DNA from: Tubiluchus corallicola
Lineage: Eukaryota; Animalia; Priapulida
Reading direction: 5' to 3'
Assembly (NCBI GenBank): GCA_030141605.1
Contig: JAQGDQ010000152.1
Span: 424,957 to 488,956, forward strand
DNA: 64,000 bases
Position 1 is the stretch's first letter. Each line of letters starts with the position of its first letter. Below are positions 63,101-64,000 of this stretch, piece by piece. The position numbers and the translations under genes are program-made. The notes under the pieces are model-generated. The model had not been told where the DNA came from. It searched no databases and was given only the letters and a program-made list of their open reading frames with translations.

Positions 63101-64000
63101 GGAAATGCGCGGATTTCTGTGTATGCAAACCTTTAATCGTACGTCATCACCGACATGGTTTTGCAGCGGCAGAGAATCTAGCAACTTCGTCAAAATGTAT
63201 ATTTAAAACTTGTCTCTTGTTAGCACCTCCATAAGGAAATTGTACAGTATCTACTCTGTGACTGTAACACCAAGACAATTTTCTAATTAGTGATCTCAGT
63301 AGAGCTGCCAAAGGTATGACTTCACAACAATGCAATTGACGTCAAACATATTGGTTTATCGCTCCATCTCGGCTGTGACGCTCAGCAGCATTCGGGACAA
63401 CAGCTCACGCTGGACAGCAACTGTCTAAATTAAACTAAACTAAACAGCATGACAGTCACAACAAATGTCTGATCAGCAGATAAAAACCCGCCAGAAAAGA
63501 AAACATTTTGAAGAAAACATTTTGTTTTGTCCATATTTAAAGTTAATCAAATAGTTGTTTTTATCTAACTTGCAAAGCCATAAACTAAACTAAACTGTCT
63601 TGATTACAAAATGGTTTAATCAGCAACTCATAGACGTAAGCCTTGTGCATTTTTTCCTATAAACGAAACTAGACTATAGATTTCCGCTGACTCCCTTGCA
63701 ATTTCAATTGAAATAACAAAATCTAGAACCAGGCCAATATTTCACCCGCTAACTAATGAAAATTGAGCATTTTCCACAACAGTATTAGACGCAGCTGTAG
63801 CTAAATGTCACGAACATACCTGCTACTGGGGTGTGTGAAATAACTTTCACGATGATTGGGCTGTCAACGAAAATGATTGACATTATGTTAGACGTCAGTT
63901 AGTAGTATGGGTAGCGCTGTAACCATTTCCTTTGTAGATTCAGGAAGCCAATTAAGGCATTAGGACAATTATTAACTTATTTTCTGATTTAGCAGTGTTT

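Overview
AT-rich, intron-containing invertebrate-animal genomic DNA, not prokaryotic. Most short ORFs in the track are noise. Exon assembly by hand gives seven genes: the 3' six exons of PLBD2 (+); an intronless PBZ-finger HPF1 (-); a two-coding-exon MZT2 (-) whose stop lies only 68 nt upstream of the HPF1 ATG; a KIAA0753/Moonraker-like gene (+, 13 phase-compatible exons from about 18.3 kb to 59.4 kb, 3' end not found); and, all inside one apparent 29.6-kb Moonraker intron (27668-57294), a 5-exon PSME4/PA200 (-, with a 4000-bp exon), an intronless CHK1 (+, same strand as the host) and an intronless SLC7/LAT amino-acid transporter (-). Non-coding DNA carries many non-autonomous TIR elements (hAT-, Tigger/Tc2-, MULE-, piggyBac- and Kolobok-like), LINE and SINE remnants and several tandem arrays. 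The most notable signals are the probable MZT2-HPF1 dicistronic unit, the triple nested-gene intron, a minisatellite that multiplies a Moonraker splice donor, and inverted TE copies bracketing an in-frame three-exon cassette. Gene identities rest on recalled motif similarity; no database searches were run.
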